From positions 3,761,422 to 3,803,075 of the forward strand of contig JARFOE010000219.1 of the NCBI GenBank assembly GCA_031763465.1: 41,654 nt of DNA. The letters run 5' to 3'. A program made the translations under genes and the position numbers. Every line of letters begins with the position of its first letter. The stretch's first letter is position 1. Origin of the DNA: Squatina squatina. Lineage: Eukaryota. The notes beneath the pieces were generated by a model, which did not search any database, was not told the origin of the DNA, and was given only the letters and a program-made list of their open reading frames with translations. Below are positions 23,725 through 36,160 of the stretch, piece after piece.

Positions 23725-24094
23725 GCCTGGATTTTTCAGATGAGTTTGCACCACTGTCACATGACGACCCCAGTGGTAGTACAAGAGAAGGTCATAACAA
23801 TGATATTACCATGGAAAAGCCCAGGTTTTTAGCAGTTTCACTGATAACATTGATTGCCGGCTATGGGCGGTGGGGAGGGGCGGGACGGTGGGCTGGCCCA
23901 CAGCGCAACTCGTGTCAAAGCAGGGAATGACTGACCACAACTTCAGGATTTCCATATTTAGAGGCGCAAGCGCTGCATCCTGAAGCTGTGGTCAGTTTTA
24001 AACGGGTATTAACATTGAAAGCTGTTAGTTCGCCATTTTTACCCACCGCAAATTCCTTGAGGTGTCAGTACGTCAAGATGGGAAGACTTTCAAT
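23725..24094. mobile_element. MITE-like element with internal 20-bp inverted repeat
   Basis: Starts gcctggattttt. actgaccacaacttcaggat (23930-23949) pairs 19/20 with atcctgaagctgtggtcagt (23977-23996). Confidence 0.55.
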
Positions 24095-24400
24095 NNNNNN
24101 NNNNNNNNNNNNNNNNNNNNNNNNNNNNNNNNNNNNNNNNNNNNNNNNNNNNNNNNNNNNNNNNNNNNNNNNNNNNNNNNNNNNNNNNNNNNNNTGGTAA
24201 AATTCCAATTTATATTTTCCCTGGAAGTCCACAATGTTTTTTAAGGCACTGTACCTTCACTTCACATTTATACATGTGTCCTGCATTTAATGTTGTGTTG
24301 CTTTAGCGGATATTATTTTGAGAAGACACACTATAATGGTAATAGAAGTCAGAATGTGTATATACTTTACAAAGGGTTATTTTTTATTTTATTTTTGCAG

Positions 24401-26425
24401 ACCTGCCTGGACTCACTAACTGAAGTTGATGATGCTGGTCAGTTGACCATTAAATGTTCTCAAGACTATTTCTCTTTGGATTGTGGGATCATTGCCTTTG
24501 AACTGTCTGACTACAGTCCAAGTGAAGAGGTGCCCTGTGACCCAGAGGCCACCATGACCTCCAGCTCAACCACCAGGGCTAAACCAAAACCTTTTGGGCA
24601 CTGGAACGCTGCTGATCTGGAAAGAGGCTTCCCAGAGTTGGTTCGCAGTGTGGGGTTACTTTCTGTGGCAAATGACCATTCCAGTTCCAGGCAGGATGAA
24701 GTTAAGGCAAGTGAAGAAAGTCAGCCAACTCTTGCAGATCACCAGGCTTTGGTACAGGATAATAAAGGCATGGCAAACTCCAAAACACCACCTAAATCAA
24801 CAAACCATCCAGCCCTGTCTCAAACTCCTCCTGCAGAGTGTGCAAGAACCCAAAATGGAATTGGTAAAAGCTCCAAACAGAAGGTATTTTCTGAGACTAA
24901 CATTGATGACTTGGAGCCTAAGAGACTTGACCAAGTGCATTCTTGTAGTGCAAGTAGTAACCACTGTGAAAACTCCACACCAAAAAGACCAATAAAAGAT
25001 TGTTTCAATTATAACGAGGAGTCTCCAACACAACCTTCCTTACCCAAAAGAGCTTTGTATTTAGATGAAATTTCNNNNNNNNNNNNNNNNNNNNNNNNNN
25101 NNNNNNNNNNNNNNNNNNNNNNNNNNNNNNNNNNNNNNNNNNNNNNNNNNNNNNNNNNNNNNNNNNNNNNNNNNNNNNNNNNNNNNNNNNNNNNNNNNNN
25201 NNNNNNNNNNNNNNNNNNNNNNNNNNNNNNNNNNNNNNNNNNNNNNNNNNNNNNNNNNNNNNNNNNNNNNNNNNNNNNNNNNNNNNNNNNNNNNNNNNNN
25301 NNNNNNNNNNNNNNNNNNNNNNNNNNNNNNNNNNNNNNNNNNNNNNNNNNNNNNNNNNNNNNNNNNNNNNNNNNNNNNNNNNNNNNNNNNNNNNNNNNNN
25401 NNNNNNNNNNNNNNNNNNNNNNNNNNNNNNNNNNNNNNNNNNNNNNNNNNNNNNNNNNNNNNNNNNNNNNNNNNNNNNNNNNNNNNNNNNNNNNNNNNNN
25501 NNNNNNNNNNNNNNNNNNNNNNNNNNNNNNNNNNNNNNNNNNNNNNNNNNNNNNNNNNNNNNNNNNNNNNNNNNNNNNNNNNNNNNNNNNNNNNNNNNNN
25601 NNNNNNNNNNNNNNNNNNNNNNNNNNNNNNNNNNNNNNNNNNNNNNNNNNNNNNNNNNNNNNNNNNNNNNNNNNNNNNNNNNNNNNNNNNNNNNNNNNNN
25701 NNNNNNNNNNNNNNNNNNNNNNNNNNNNNNNNNNNNNNNNNNNNNNNNNNNNNNNNNNNNNNNNNNNNNNNNNNNNNNNNNNNNNNNNNNNNNNNNNNNN
25801 NNNNNNNNNNNNNNNNNNNNNNNNNNNNNNNNNNNNNNNNNNNNNNNNNNNNNNNNNNNNNNNNNNNNNNNNNNNNNNNNNNNNNNNNNNNNNNNNNNNN
25901 NNNNNNNNNNNNNNNNNNNNNNNNNNNNNNNNNNNNNNNNNNNNNNNNNNNNNNNNNNNNNNNNNNNNNNNNNNNNNNNNNNNNNNNNNNNNNNNNNNNN
26001 NNNNNNNNNNNNNNNNNNNNNNNNNNNNNNNNNNNNNNNNNNNNNNNCAGAACATTGATGACTGGGAGCTGTCAGAAGCAAATTCTGTGACTGAGGTAAA
26101 CCCATCAATTTCCAATGGAAGGAAGAGCAGAAAATGGTTCCCTGAAACTGGAACTATTTCTCCCACTTCCTCAAGTGATATAGCTCCCTCCTTGGATGAC
26201 AGCATTGAGTCAGGCCCACTCAGCGACATCCTGTCAGATGATGAGTTATCAATAGCAGAAACAGCTGCTAAACGCTACACTATACCCCAATTCCCACACC
26301 ATTGGTTAACACAGATGCCAAACAATGCCTTGGATAGTGCTCCTCCTAAATCAGCTCTGGTTCAACAGCTACAGGAAGATATTCAGCAGAAACAGAATAA
26401 CAGCGATGTGTGGGAAAAAATTGAG
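24401..26425 (+). CDS. AKAP6: AKAP6 large coding exon (central part in gap)
   Basis: tttttgcag|ACC...GAG|gtaagt. Contains LDSLTEVDDAGQLTIKCSQDYFSLDCGIIAFELSDYSPSE, FPELVRSVGLL, STPKRPIKDCFNYNEESPTQPSLPKR, SSSDIAPSLDDSIESGPLSDILSDDE and VWEKIE. Confidence 0.95.
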
Positions 26426-26929
26426 GTAAGTCGGTAATTTACCCTTATTCTATAATTGTTTTGACACTTAAATTACCTTTCTGATTTTAAAGACTTACTT
26501 TCTTTAATTCCAGTGAACTTTAGTGCACTCATTATCGTATTAAATATTGGCACTGGCAAATGAAATATTTCCATTTTGGGCCATTTGTCAGTGTCAAGTC
26601 TTTCCAGGTCACACAGAGGGTAAAGCTCCTTCTACTGGAATAAGAAGGAAAATGGGACAGAGGCACAAGTGGGTGACGATACAGTGCCACAAAATTCCAC
26701 CCAATTGTATGACTGGTTCTGATCGATTTATGGCCATTAGCCAGGCAGATCCATTCAGAAAGCCCAGGCTACAATCTCCTGTGACTAGCAATCGCTGCAA
26801 TATGCACTGTGCCCACAACGCTGCATTTCATTTGATTTATACCTGCAGTTTTTCCATTACTTAATGAAGGAGGTACTAGTAATTGTCAGAGACCCTATTC
26901 AGTGAAGCTCCCAGCCCGAAATGCTCGAT

Positions 26930-27106
26930 GTCAGGCTCTGTTAGGCCCATAAATCTCCATGGTTTGCTGCTCCAACTCGATCAGGAACATGAGGTCAGCT
27001 GGCCCTCACCCAGTGTTGCTCCTAAAAGAGTTATTGTGCACCATTTCGTCCTGCAGAAAGAGAGGGCGAGAGTTAGTGAGTGGCTACTGAAAAGGAGTTA
27101 TGCATG
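26930..27106 (-). mobile_element. Second Harbinger Myb/SANT-like exon remnant
   Basis: Minus-strand acceptor ctctctttctgcag| (exon starts 27050) is followed by DEMVHNNSFRSNTG*GPADLMFLIELEQQTMEIYG. Same motif and splice position as the remnant at 4286. Confidence 0.6.
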
Positions 27107-29459
27107 NNNNNNNNNNNNNNNNNNNNNNNNNNNNNNNNNNNNNNNNNNNNNNNNNNNNNNNNNNNNNNNNNNNNNNNNNNNNNNNNNNNNNNNNNNNNNN
27201 NNNNNNACATTAAACGTAAAAGAATAAAGAGGACCGTATTTTATCCTTAACAGAAAATATTTTGTTGACAGTCGTAAATATTTTCTGAAATTGATGTTAT
27301 TCAGTTGATTTGCTTTTAAGTATTTGACAGTAGAGTTTTATGATTATTTTATATGAATTCACAAAATGAACTCTTTACATGGATAATTTAAGTAGAATAT
27401 TTTCAAGAGTAAATCATCTCATCAGAGGCTGCTTCATATTGATATAATAAAACAATCATTATGCTTCTGTGTTTCAGTACAATGTGTATTTTAGACACCG
27501 TGCAATGGTTGGATGATAAATGATTGAGAAAAAGTAATATTCATTCCATTTCTTAGAATCAGAAATCACTTAAAGTTTCCTCTAAATAAAGTTTCTTTAT
27601 TTCTGATTTTTAGTAGAAAAACTTTTCAATATAAATGATCCCCCTATCTTTGCAAGCCCGTCAAGGACAGGCCATCCATCCTTGCTGCAAAGAGGAAGAG
27701 GATGGGCAGGTATGTGGCCTGCTCCCAGACCTTTCCCAATGCCCAGAAAGCCAGTTGCAAGAGGGCATGTCGTACCACTCAGGCAGGATGGCTCCTCGCA
27801 ATGTCCTCAAACCTCTACAAGAAAATGCTGCAGCCTCTAGATTGCGCCTCTCTGCTTAGCTTGGCTCAGGAGGGAGTTGAGCATGAACAGGTGTTGTTGC
27901 ATTCCATTGAACTGAATATTAGAGCTCCAATCATAAAGTCCTCCTTTACTTATAAGTTCCCCGTTAACCATCCAAAGTTGTACTGGAAATATGTGACAAC
28001 TAAAGAACTATATTCCTTCATTCAAACATTTTAAAATTAAACTTAATTCCTTCTCCCTCATAGTTCCACTTTAGATTTAATTTTGCTGTGCTGACAGTCC
28101 TATATTAAGATCCAATTGAATAGTGTGGGTGGATGCATCCATTTTTCTTTAGGATACAGTATAAGACAATGTATCCATTCCCCAATATGGGGATGTAGAT
28201 GTATCCATTTTCTTGTAGTGTGTGCTTGTGGGGGAGGGAATGGGGTTTGAGTATCTAATTATCAAATTGGGTGTGGGAGAGGGTGGGTGTATCAATTTTT
28301 CTGCCTTGTGCAGGTGGGGTTTGGATGTATCTGCTTCGTAGAGAATGGGCAAAGGAAAGATGCACTTGCTTTTGTATTGCGTGTGGTAATGTGCACGTAT
28401 CTGTTTTTGTGTAGCGTGTGTCGGAGGGAAGGTGAAATTATCCATTTCCTCACAGCGTGTGAGGTGTGAGGGAAAGGAGAGAGAAAAGATGAATGTGTTC
28501 ATTCTTACGCAGTGTTCATGTGATGAGATGTAGTATTGGGAAGTTCTGTACAAGCTGGAGGGATCATTATTAGATTTTGTGATTCAGGTTCAGGAATAAT
28601 CAATAATTGAGTCCACTCCCTCTTTCAAAGACAAATCCTTGCTTCTCACTGCTACCTGCAGGATCATCAGTTCTGCTGCTGTACTTTATTGATTTTGGCT
28701 GTCTGCCAAGGAACTTATAAAGTTCCCGCAAGGAACTGTCTGAGCTGAAGCATGAATATACAGCACACACATACAGAGTAGAATTGACCAACACTAGAAA
28801 TTGTTGCAAAATTGCTTCATGATCATCACTTGAATCCTGCAATCAAGGTTACAGCCTTCAACAGGAACATGCTGTCATCTCCCACAATGCCCATCTCTCC
28901 CACAACTCCCTGTTTGAATCAGGTTTCCTCCCTCCCACAGCACAAGAACAGCCCGAGTCAGAGATTGTGATCACATTGCATTATTCCTCTTGGTCCTCCT
29001 GAACCTCCCTGTAGCCTTTGGCATGATTGATCATGTCATTCTCCTGCAATGTTTCTTCTCCATTTTCTAACTTCATGGAACTGTCCTCATTTGATTTCAT
29101 TCTTATCTGTCTGATTGTAGCCCAAGTATCTATAACAATGGCTTTGCTTCCTGCTCCTGTACTGTCACTGCTGGAGTTCGCCAAGAATTCATCCCTGGAC
29201 TCCACCTCTTCTTCATTTACATGTTCCCATTTGGCAACATTATCCGTAGACATGAGACCAGTTTCCATACCCACGCTGAGGCACCCCGCTCTATCTCTTC
29301 ACCACCTCTCTTGAACCCACGACTGCTTCTGTGCTGCCTGCCATCCAGTTTTGACTTACTCCAGATGAACATCAGGAAGATAGAAACCAGCGTCTCTGGC
29401 CCCAGTTACCAACTCTGTTCTCTTGTCACTCACTCCATTCTCCTCTCCAGTCACTATCT

Positions 29460-29699
29460 GAGGCTGACTCAGAATGTTCACAATATCGGTGTCCCGTTTG
29501 GCCCGAGCTGAGTTCTCGATTTCATATCCTCTCCATAACAGAGACTAACAACATCCTCCTCCATAACGTCACCTGCCTCTGACCTAACCTCAGTCCATCT
29601 TCCACTGAAACATTCATTTGTGCCTTTGTCACCTCCACACTAGGTTGCCCCAAAACTCTCCTTGCTGGATTCCTGTCTTCCCCTCTGTATAAACTCCAG
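29460..29699 (+). mobile_element. Decayed L2-clade LINE fragment
   Basis: Degenerate VHNIGVPFGPS...HI..IT...ETFICAFVTS segment of the L2 ORF2 region after the RT domain. Confidence 0.65.
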
Positions 29700-30109
29700 N
29701 NNNNNNNNNNNNNNNNNNNNNNNNNNNNNNNNNNNNNNNNNNNNNNNNNNNNNNNNNNNNNNNNNNNNNNNNNNNNNNNNNNNNNNNNNNNNNNNNNNNG
29801 GAGAACTGCTGCTGGAATAACCTGTGAGGGTGAGGCCTCTTGTTGAGAGCCCTGTTGGCCATCCTCCCTCTCGCCACATTTTGCAATCTTTCTCTCTGCC
29901 TCCGACGTTGATACTGGAGGGCGAGGTCCAGTGCCAGTACAGCCGCCATTAACGAGCGTAAATGTTGCACTTTTCAAACTCACCTAAATTAAAGTGAGTA
30001 ATTTTTCTGAGGCAGAAGACTCCCGAAAGTGAAAAAGCTGAAATCATTCAAAACACCTGTTTGCCTTTGTCAAAATGACAAGGCAGCATTCTTTGCCAAC
30101 GAAAGCTAA

Positions 30110-30440
30110 AGTGGATGTTGACGATTTTAAATACCGCTCCTCCAGCGGCCATCCGATTGCATACAGCCTCCTCTACCAGTCTTTGTTAACGGCAGGGGCT
30201 CAGGCAGGGGGCGAGAGGGAATTTCTGATTCGGGGCGGTAACGGGGCGCTACGCATCGGATGACATCAATATCACTGGAGCGCTGAGGCGGTAGGTCATA
30301 GCGCGATTGCAAAACCGGAAGTGAAGTTCATGGGCATTGTTCGATTTGTCGTGCCCGGTTATCGCCCCCCAGAGGCAGTAATGGGAGACGCAAAGGAAGC
30401 TAATTAAAAAGGAACATGATTTATGCTGACCCAAAATTCT
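30110..30440. mobile_element. GC/CpG-rich probable MITE
   Basis: CpG-rich island (ggggcggtaacggggcgct, atcgccccc) in an AT-rich intron, ending ccaaaattc. Resembles the element at 34383. Confidence 0.4.
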
Positions 30441-32063
30441 GAACTGGTTGAGAAAATGATCTGGACTGAGAAAATCTAATAAGTGTTGGACTGAGGGTTT
30501 GTGGAACCAGAAAATTTACCCCCAACTACCAATATAACAATAACTGCTAAATACTAAAATAAAGCAATAAATATACGAAAATAAATTCAGAGCTCTATCT
30601 ATATACAATATTGATGTTAAATCATCTTATAGGAGAAGTAAATATGTTTTGGAAACACATTTGCTGCAAATGTTGGATTCTGCATGTTGTGCCACATTGT
30701 TATTCAGTATCTATATCGAATAAATTGTCCCACTGATACTGTTTGTTACTCTCTAAGGAGTGCTCATAGCCATCAGCTGTTTGTGTGAGGGATTAATTAA
30801 AACTTTTATTACACAAATAAAACCATTATATTTTCTAGAGCTCCATATTCTGTCTGCTTATACACTAGGAAGTAGCTGAAGAATACATCAATCGAAATGC
30901 AAGTAGGCATAAAGAAAACAGAATTAGCCATTCTGCTACACACAAGGAAAAGTNNNNNNNNNNNNNNNNNNNNNNNNNNNNNNNNNNNNNNNNNNNNNNN
31001 NNNNNNNNNNNNNNNNNNNNNNNNNNNNNNNNNNNNNNNNNNNNNNNNNNNNNTTTATCCTGCATTAAAAGCACAAATCAGTTGTATCACCATCCACACA
31101 ATTGTATTGTTTTGTATCTTTTTACATACAGATAGGGTTATTATTGAGGGAATCAATCTGCAATGAGAAGCATTGGCTTTTTTTTTATTTGGGGCTTATG
31201 ACGCACATCAAAAATAAATTGCTTCAATTGAAATATAAAACATGAACCATCTAGCTGTTGAGTACTAAATTTCTTTGGCAACTTGTACAATATGAGCATT
31301 CCTTCCTAACTCAATAATGGGCAAAAAATAGCATTCTGGAATTCCAATATATCAGCAGAGGAACCTGAATTATATTGGGTCTTTGCTGAACAATAATGAA
31401 CCACTATGCCGTCTTTCTATCTATAATTCAGATTGATGACATTAGCAGTAGTTCATCTGTAATCCATCTTTGAAATGCAATAAATCGTTAGACTTCCGAG
31501 AAAATTGTATTTTCTGGCACTCAGATGTTGAAATACATTAGCCTAGAAATTGGCTGGTTGAACTGCGTGTAGGGAATGATCCCTGAACTGGAAGGGGTAG
31601 GCCTGAGGCCTGCAAGCTGCTGATGCCTGCTAGGCATTCCCAGGCAGCTCGCCAGCAAAGAGAATTCCAATTTTGGGCCGCTGAATCATTGGCAGCGGCC
31701 CTCAGGTAGGTTGTGGGTGATGGGTGGGGGAAGGTGATCGGGAGAGAGGGGGGCAATCCGAGAGAAGGAGGGAAACAACCGGGAAGGAGAAAGGGGACTG
31801 AGTGGAGGACGGCAAGACATCAGGACTGCTGTGAAACCAGGAGGGGCACACNNNNNNNNNNNNNNNNNNNNNNNNNNNNNNNNNNNNNNNNNNNNNNNNN
31901 NNNNNNNNNNNNNNNNNNNNNNNNNNNNNNNNNNNNNNNNNNNNNNNNNNNGTGAATCGTTATTCAGTCTGCATCCTTGTAATCATTACTCTCTGCAAAA
32001 GCTGAAGTTTAGTTTGGTTTAATAACTGTGATTACTTCTTAACTTACTCTCCTGTTCCGCCAG

Positions 32064-32186
32064 GGCTTTGTAAATAAGCTCGATGAATTGATTCGTTGGT
32101 TGTTTGAAGCCATGGAAACAACAGAAAATTGGACACCTCCGAAAGCTGATACGTACAGCCTGAAGCTTTACCTGGAAACCCATCTG
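32064..32186 (+). CDS. AKAP6: AKAP6 spectrin-repeat exon (123 nt; not in the ORF track)
   Basis: ttccgccag|GGC...CTG|gtaagg. Translates GFVNKLDELIRWLFEAMETTENWTPPKADTYSLKLYLETHL, continuing in phase 0 from WEKIE. Confidence 0.95.
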
Positions 32187-32829
32187 GTAAGGCATAAGCT
32201 GCCGACAGCTCATATGGACAGAACTTAGCTAAGTATTATTATTATCAAACATATTAGAGATTTCACTCTATGGCGTTCTGATCCTTCAGCATCAAGTACC
32301 CTTTTATGTAAAGATATACTTTAAAACCTTGCACTGATTTTTGCCTGTTGTATAAAAATGACTATTGTGAAGAAGCACTTTCTGTAAGAAAGTGACAAAC
32401 CTCTTGTACAAGGAGGAAGAAGAACCTGGTATCTATTTTCATCATAATAACACCACTCATTCCAGTAAAGGCAATGTTATATTTTGATTAATTTACATTA
32501 TTATGTAATATGTTTATTCTGTGGGGGATCCTTGTTGGAGTTTATCCNNNNNNNNNNNNNNNNNNNNNNNNNNNNNNNNNNNNNNNNNNNNNNNNNNNNN
32601 NNNNNNNNNNNNNNNNNNNNNNNNNNNNNNNNNNNNNNNNNNNNNNNTCATGGCCCGACACATCTCTCAATCTACCAGTACCATCAAGCCAGGGGACCAA
32701 CCCTGAAACCATGAGGAATGCAAAGAGCATGCCAGGAGCAGCACTCGGCATACCTAAAAATGAGGTACCAACCTGTTGAAGCTGCAACATAGGATCAGAT
32801 GCAATGCCAGTTTTAAACCCCACCTGAAT

Positions 32830-32859
32830 TTACTCTCCATTGAAGTCAGTGGAGAGTAA
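32830..32859. repeat. Near-perfect palindrome, probable MITE core
   Basis: ttactctcca-ttgaagtcag-tggagagtaa has 10-bp perfect arms. The ccattgaagtcartgg core is common in vertebrate non-autonomous DNA transposons. Confidence 0.6.
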
Positions 32860-33783
32860 TGTTTGGCTGGTGTAAATCCCAGTGTTCTACCCAATCCTGT
32901 GGGTTCCTCACCCAGCGCTTTAGGTTACAATTAGCCCCATTATGTGTCAGTACTGCAGAAACTCAGCAACTTCACTCTCCATCAGTTCAAGGTTGTACTA
33001 TAGGTTAAATAATTTTTCATTCGAAAAATCAGACCATAAAAATATATTTTAAAATCTGACAATGTATTCTCGCCTACTGTTCTTCGATTGTTATACTGAG
33101 ATGAAACAGGATTGGAGATCCAACTCAATTGCAGTCAGTCCCTGCTGACAACCAATTTGAGTCCAGCCCAGAGCAGAAGATGAAAATATTTTCTTCCAGC
33201 ATCCAGATGATTGTGAAGGCTACAAATTAATTTATTTCTGATAGTCGTAATGTTCTAAGTCAGCACAGCCTACATCAATCCTTAGCACTGTACCTAATTT
33301 GATAGTGTGAGACCCCAAACACACAACTCCAAGAGACTGAAATACTATATTGATTAGTACAGCAGGGTGCTGTTCAGAAATTTGAGATGAGGCATATCAT
33401 TGAAGCCCTGTCAGCAGAGCATTGAACTAAGTGGTGCTATTCCTCACCTGGAAACATCATTGTTGGAAATGAGAAAGTTTGGGTATTTTCAAGTGTTGTG
33501 ATTCCACACTTTATCAGCAAATTTCAAGCTTAATTTGTAAANNNNNNNNNNNNNNNTGAACAGTGGCTGTGTTGATTCATATTAGATGTAGTGTAAGAAA
33601 TAGCTTTTTCCATTTAGATGTTTCAGTAGAACTTTGAAGAGTTGAGACTTGACTTGATTGAATATTTATGGGGGAATATAAGTTGCAAAATACTGTGTCT
33701 GCCTGTAACATTTGTTAATTGAATGGTATTAGTTTTTGTGCTGCTTCTGTTGAGTGCTGATATCTAGTTGCTCTGCTTTGAAG

Positions 33784-33947
33784 GACTGAAAGACATGCTG
33801 CAGATTATTGCAAGTCAATGGCAGGAACTACAGAGACAAATCAAACGACAGCACAGCTGGATTCTTCGAGCCCTGGATATAATCAAAGCTGAGATACTGG
33901 CAACTGACGTGACTGCAGATGGTTTAGAAGGTTCTGGGAGCCCCAAA
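33784..33947 (+). CDS. AKAP6: AKAP6 spectrin-repeat exon (164 nt)
   Basis: ctttgaag|GA...AAA|gtaagt. Translates (G)LKDMLQIIASQWQELQRQIKRQHSWILRALDIIKAEILATDVTADGLEGSGSPK. Its phase-1 start implies one intervening exon is missing from the assembly. Confidence 0.95.
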
Positions 33948-34382
33948 GTAAGTCGGTTAAAGTTTGGCAATTACATTAAAACATATTTCGAAACACTTCA
34001 ACTGTATAACAGTTTATTACTTTTTAACCACCAGGTAAGAGCAAAGGTTATAGTGTTTCTGAAATAGAAGCAATGTTACAAGACCATTTCCTTGTATATG
34101 TAAAAGCGTATGCATGATCAATGTTAGTAGGTATACCATGTAGCATGTAATTCTGAATAGAAAAGCTGCAATGATGCTGTTTAGAGGTTTGGATTGAGGC
34201 ACAATGATGGAGCATGGTAACAGAATAACACTGAACAAATTTCAAGTTAAATTGATAAAACTTGCTACCTCTGTGATCATTCAAGTGGGAACTCTTGAAT
34301 TTGTACGAAATATACTATGCACATTATGGGATAAATGTCTCTCTATTTGTTAAAATGTCAACATGAATATAAAACTTTGACC

Positions 34383-35055
34383 GGGCGAAATTGGGTTATG
34401 CCCCATTTGGGGGTTGGTAACCAAGGGAAGCCGGGACCTCCTCCACCTGGCACGGAAGTCCTGCCCTGGCTGCAAAGTTGAGGTTACCACCCCTCACAGG
34501 AAGTGGAGCGCAATGCCGCATGCTCCACTTCCCTTTGGGGCGGGTTCAGGGCCGCTACTCAGACAGGTTCAGCAGCGCTAAGCTGCTCCTCCGCGCAGCA
34601 CTGATTCGTTTCAATGATCCCTCCCCTTCTGTTAAAGGGGAGGAACGCTGTGATCTCTGCAGGCCATTTCAAGAATTCCACTGCGCGTTGCCGTGGCCAC
34701 AGCCTGGCACTGAGACGGAGTGCCGGGCTGCACGATGGCGGCCCGGATCATGCAACAGCAAAACAGAATGGGCCAAAGTCGGCCGAAGAAAAAAATGGCG
34801 GCACGCGGTGCAGCATACCTCCCCTTTAACTTCCGCCCTGAGACCAGAGGTCAACCCAGTTCATGAGCCGCAAGGCTGGTGCCGGCATCACCTGTGGCAA
34901 CCTCTCGGGGAGCTGGCCAATTTCTGCTGCGGGGTGAAAACGGGTGGCCGTGCACACCGATGACGTCATTGCCAGCGGCGCAGCGGCCTGGGGTACTACT
35001 AGCAGGGCGTGACGCTACCATGTTCGCACCTTCACTAACTCCTGCACAATTTCGT
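34383..35055. mobile_element. ~670-bp GC-rich MITE with nested inverted repeats
   Basis: Termini cgaaattg (34386-34393) and caatttcg (35047-35054). Internal perfect inverted repeats at 34499-34509/34522-34532 and 34631-34643/34818-34830. Confidence 0.65.
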
Positions 35056-35859
35056 NNNNNNNNNNNNNNNNNNNNNNNNNNNNNNNNNNNNNNNNNNNNN
35101 NNNNNNNNNNNNNNNNNNNNNNNNNNNNNNNNNNNNNNNNNNNNNNNNNNNNNNNAATATGATCACTGCCTCCCTGAATGCAATTTGGATGGGAATAAGT
35201 TTGACTACCTCTCTCTTGATAGCTATTCCTTTTTGATAATAATGCATTAAGCATATGCCTGTGCTGCTTCCTGAATTGTCCTACCCGGTGCTGTTAGTTT
35301 TTATGATCTACGCTGTTGGAATTTTGTTGGGATAATGTCAGGACAATCTGTATTCTGTGTGAGATTTCTATAATCAAAAGGTAACAAACAGATTTTTATT
35401 TAGAAGCTGTCTTGGATTTAATTTGTATGAAATGATTGAATGCTTCTGAAGTAATTTAAAATATCAAAACAGTTATACTTAGTCACGTATCAATAACCAG
35501 TTCAGCTAATGTTTGTGTTCGTTAAATCAACTGTAGGTTTAATAACAGTTAACTGAAGAGCACACCAGCTGTTTCAAATATATGCTTTGTCACTCGAGGC
35601 ACTAAGACAGATAAATTACCTTGTTTTTGACTCTCATATATCATACACAGGTTCCATAGTACTGTTAGACTATTCAAAGTTTAGGGTTCTGACCCTCTCC
35701 ACAATTTAGACACCAGCCTTAAGTGATTTAGGTTTAATACTCAAGCCACAAAGTTCCTCTGTAAACTTTTTCAATAAATATGAAAAGATTATACTTTGCC
35801 AGTCTGGGAGGTACCAGTAGTCCTGAACTGGATCTTTCTATCTGCTTTTGTATTCTCGC

Positions 35860-35981
35860 TATTTAAGGTCTAGACAAGCATATGAGGGAGAAGGGAATAA
35901 AGGGTTATTCTGATAAATTTAGATGAAGAAAGACAGGAGGAGGCTCAAGTAGAGCATAAACCCCAGCATGGATTGGTTGGG
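35860..35981 (+). mobile_element. CR1-clade LINE extreme 3' end
   Basis: tttaagg..ctagacaagcatatgagggagaagggaata...gagcataaaccccagcatggattggttggg resembles the chondrichthyan CR1 terminal region. Confidence 0.6.
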
Positions 35982-36081
35982 NNNNNNNNNNNNNNNNNNN
36001 NNNNNNNNNNNNNNNNNNNNNNNNNNNNNNNNNNNNNNNNNNNNNNNNNNNNNNNNNNNNNNNNNNNNNNNNNNNNNNNNN

Positions 36082-36160
36082 CTGGAAATACTCAGCAGGT
36101 CAGGCAGCACCTGTGGAGAGAGAAACAGAGCGAACATTTCATGCCAATGACCTTTCATGA
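36082..36160 (-). mobile_element. Penelope-like element terminal repeat fragment
   Basis: ctggaaatactcagcaggtcaggcagcacctgtggagagag is a reverse-complement near copy of the sequence at 37172-37243. Confidence 0.6.

Noticed and set aside
26426-26435. Identical gtaagtcggt donors after two AKAP6 exons (26426 and 33948)
   Set aside because: Only four bases beyond the consensus match, which is plausible by chance.
28149-28553. 134-aa minus-strand ORF
   Set aside because: Compositionally biased GT-rich sequence with no domain or splice support.
34478-34963. 161-aa ORF
   Set aside because: It lies inside a GC-rich MITE where stops are rare, has no true ATG start and shows no motifs.
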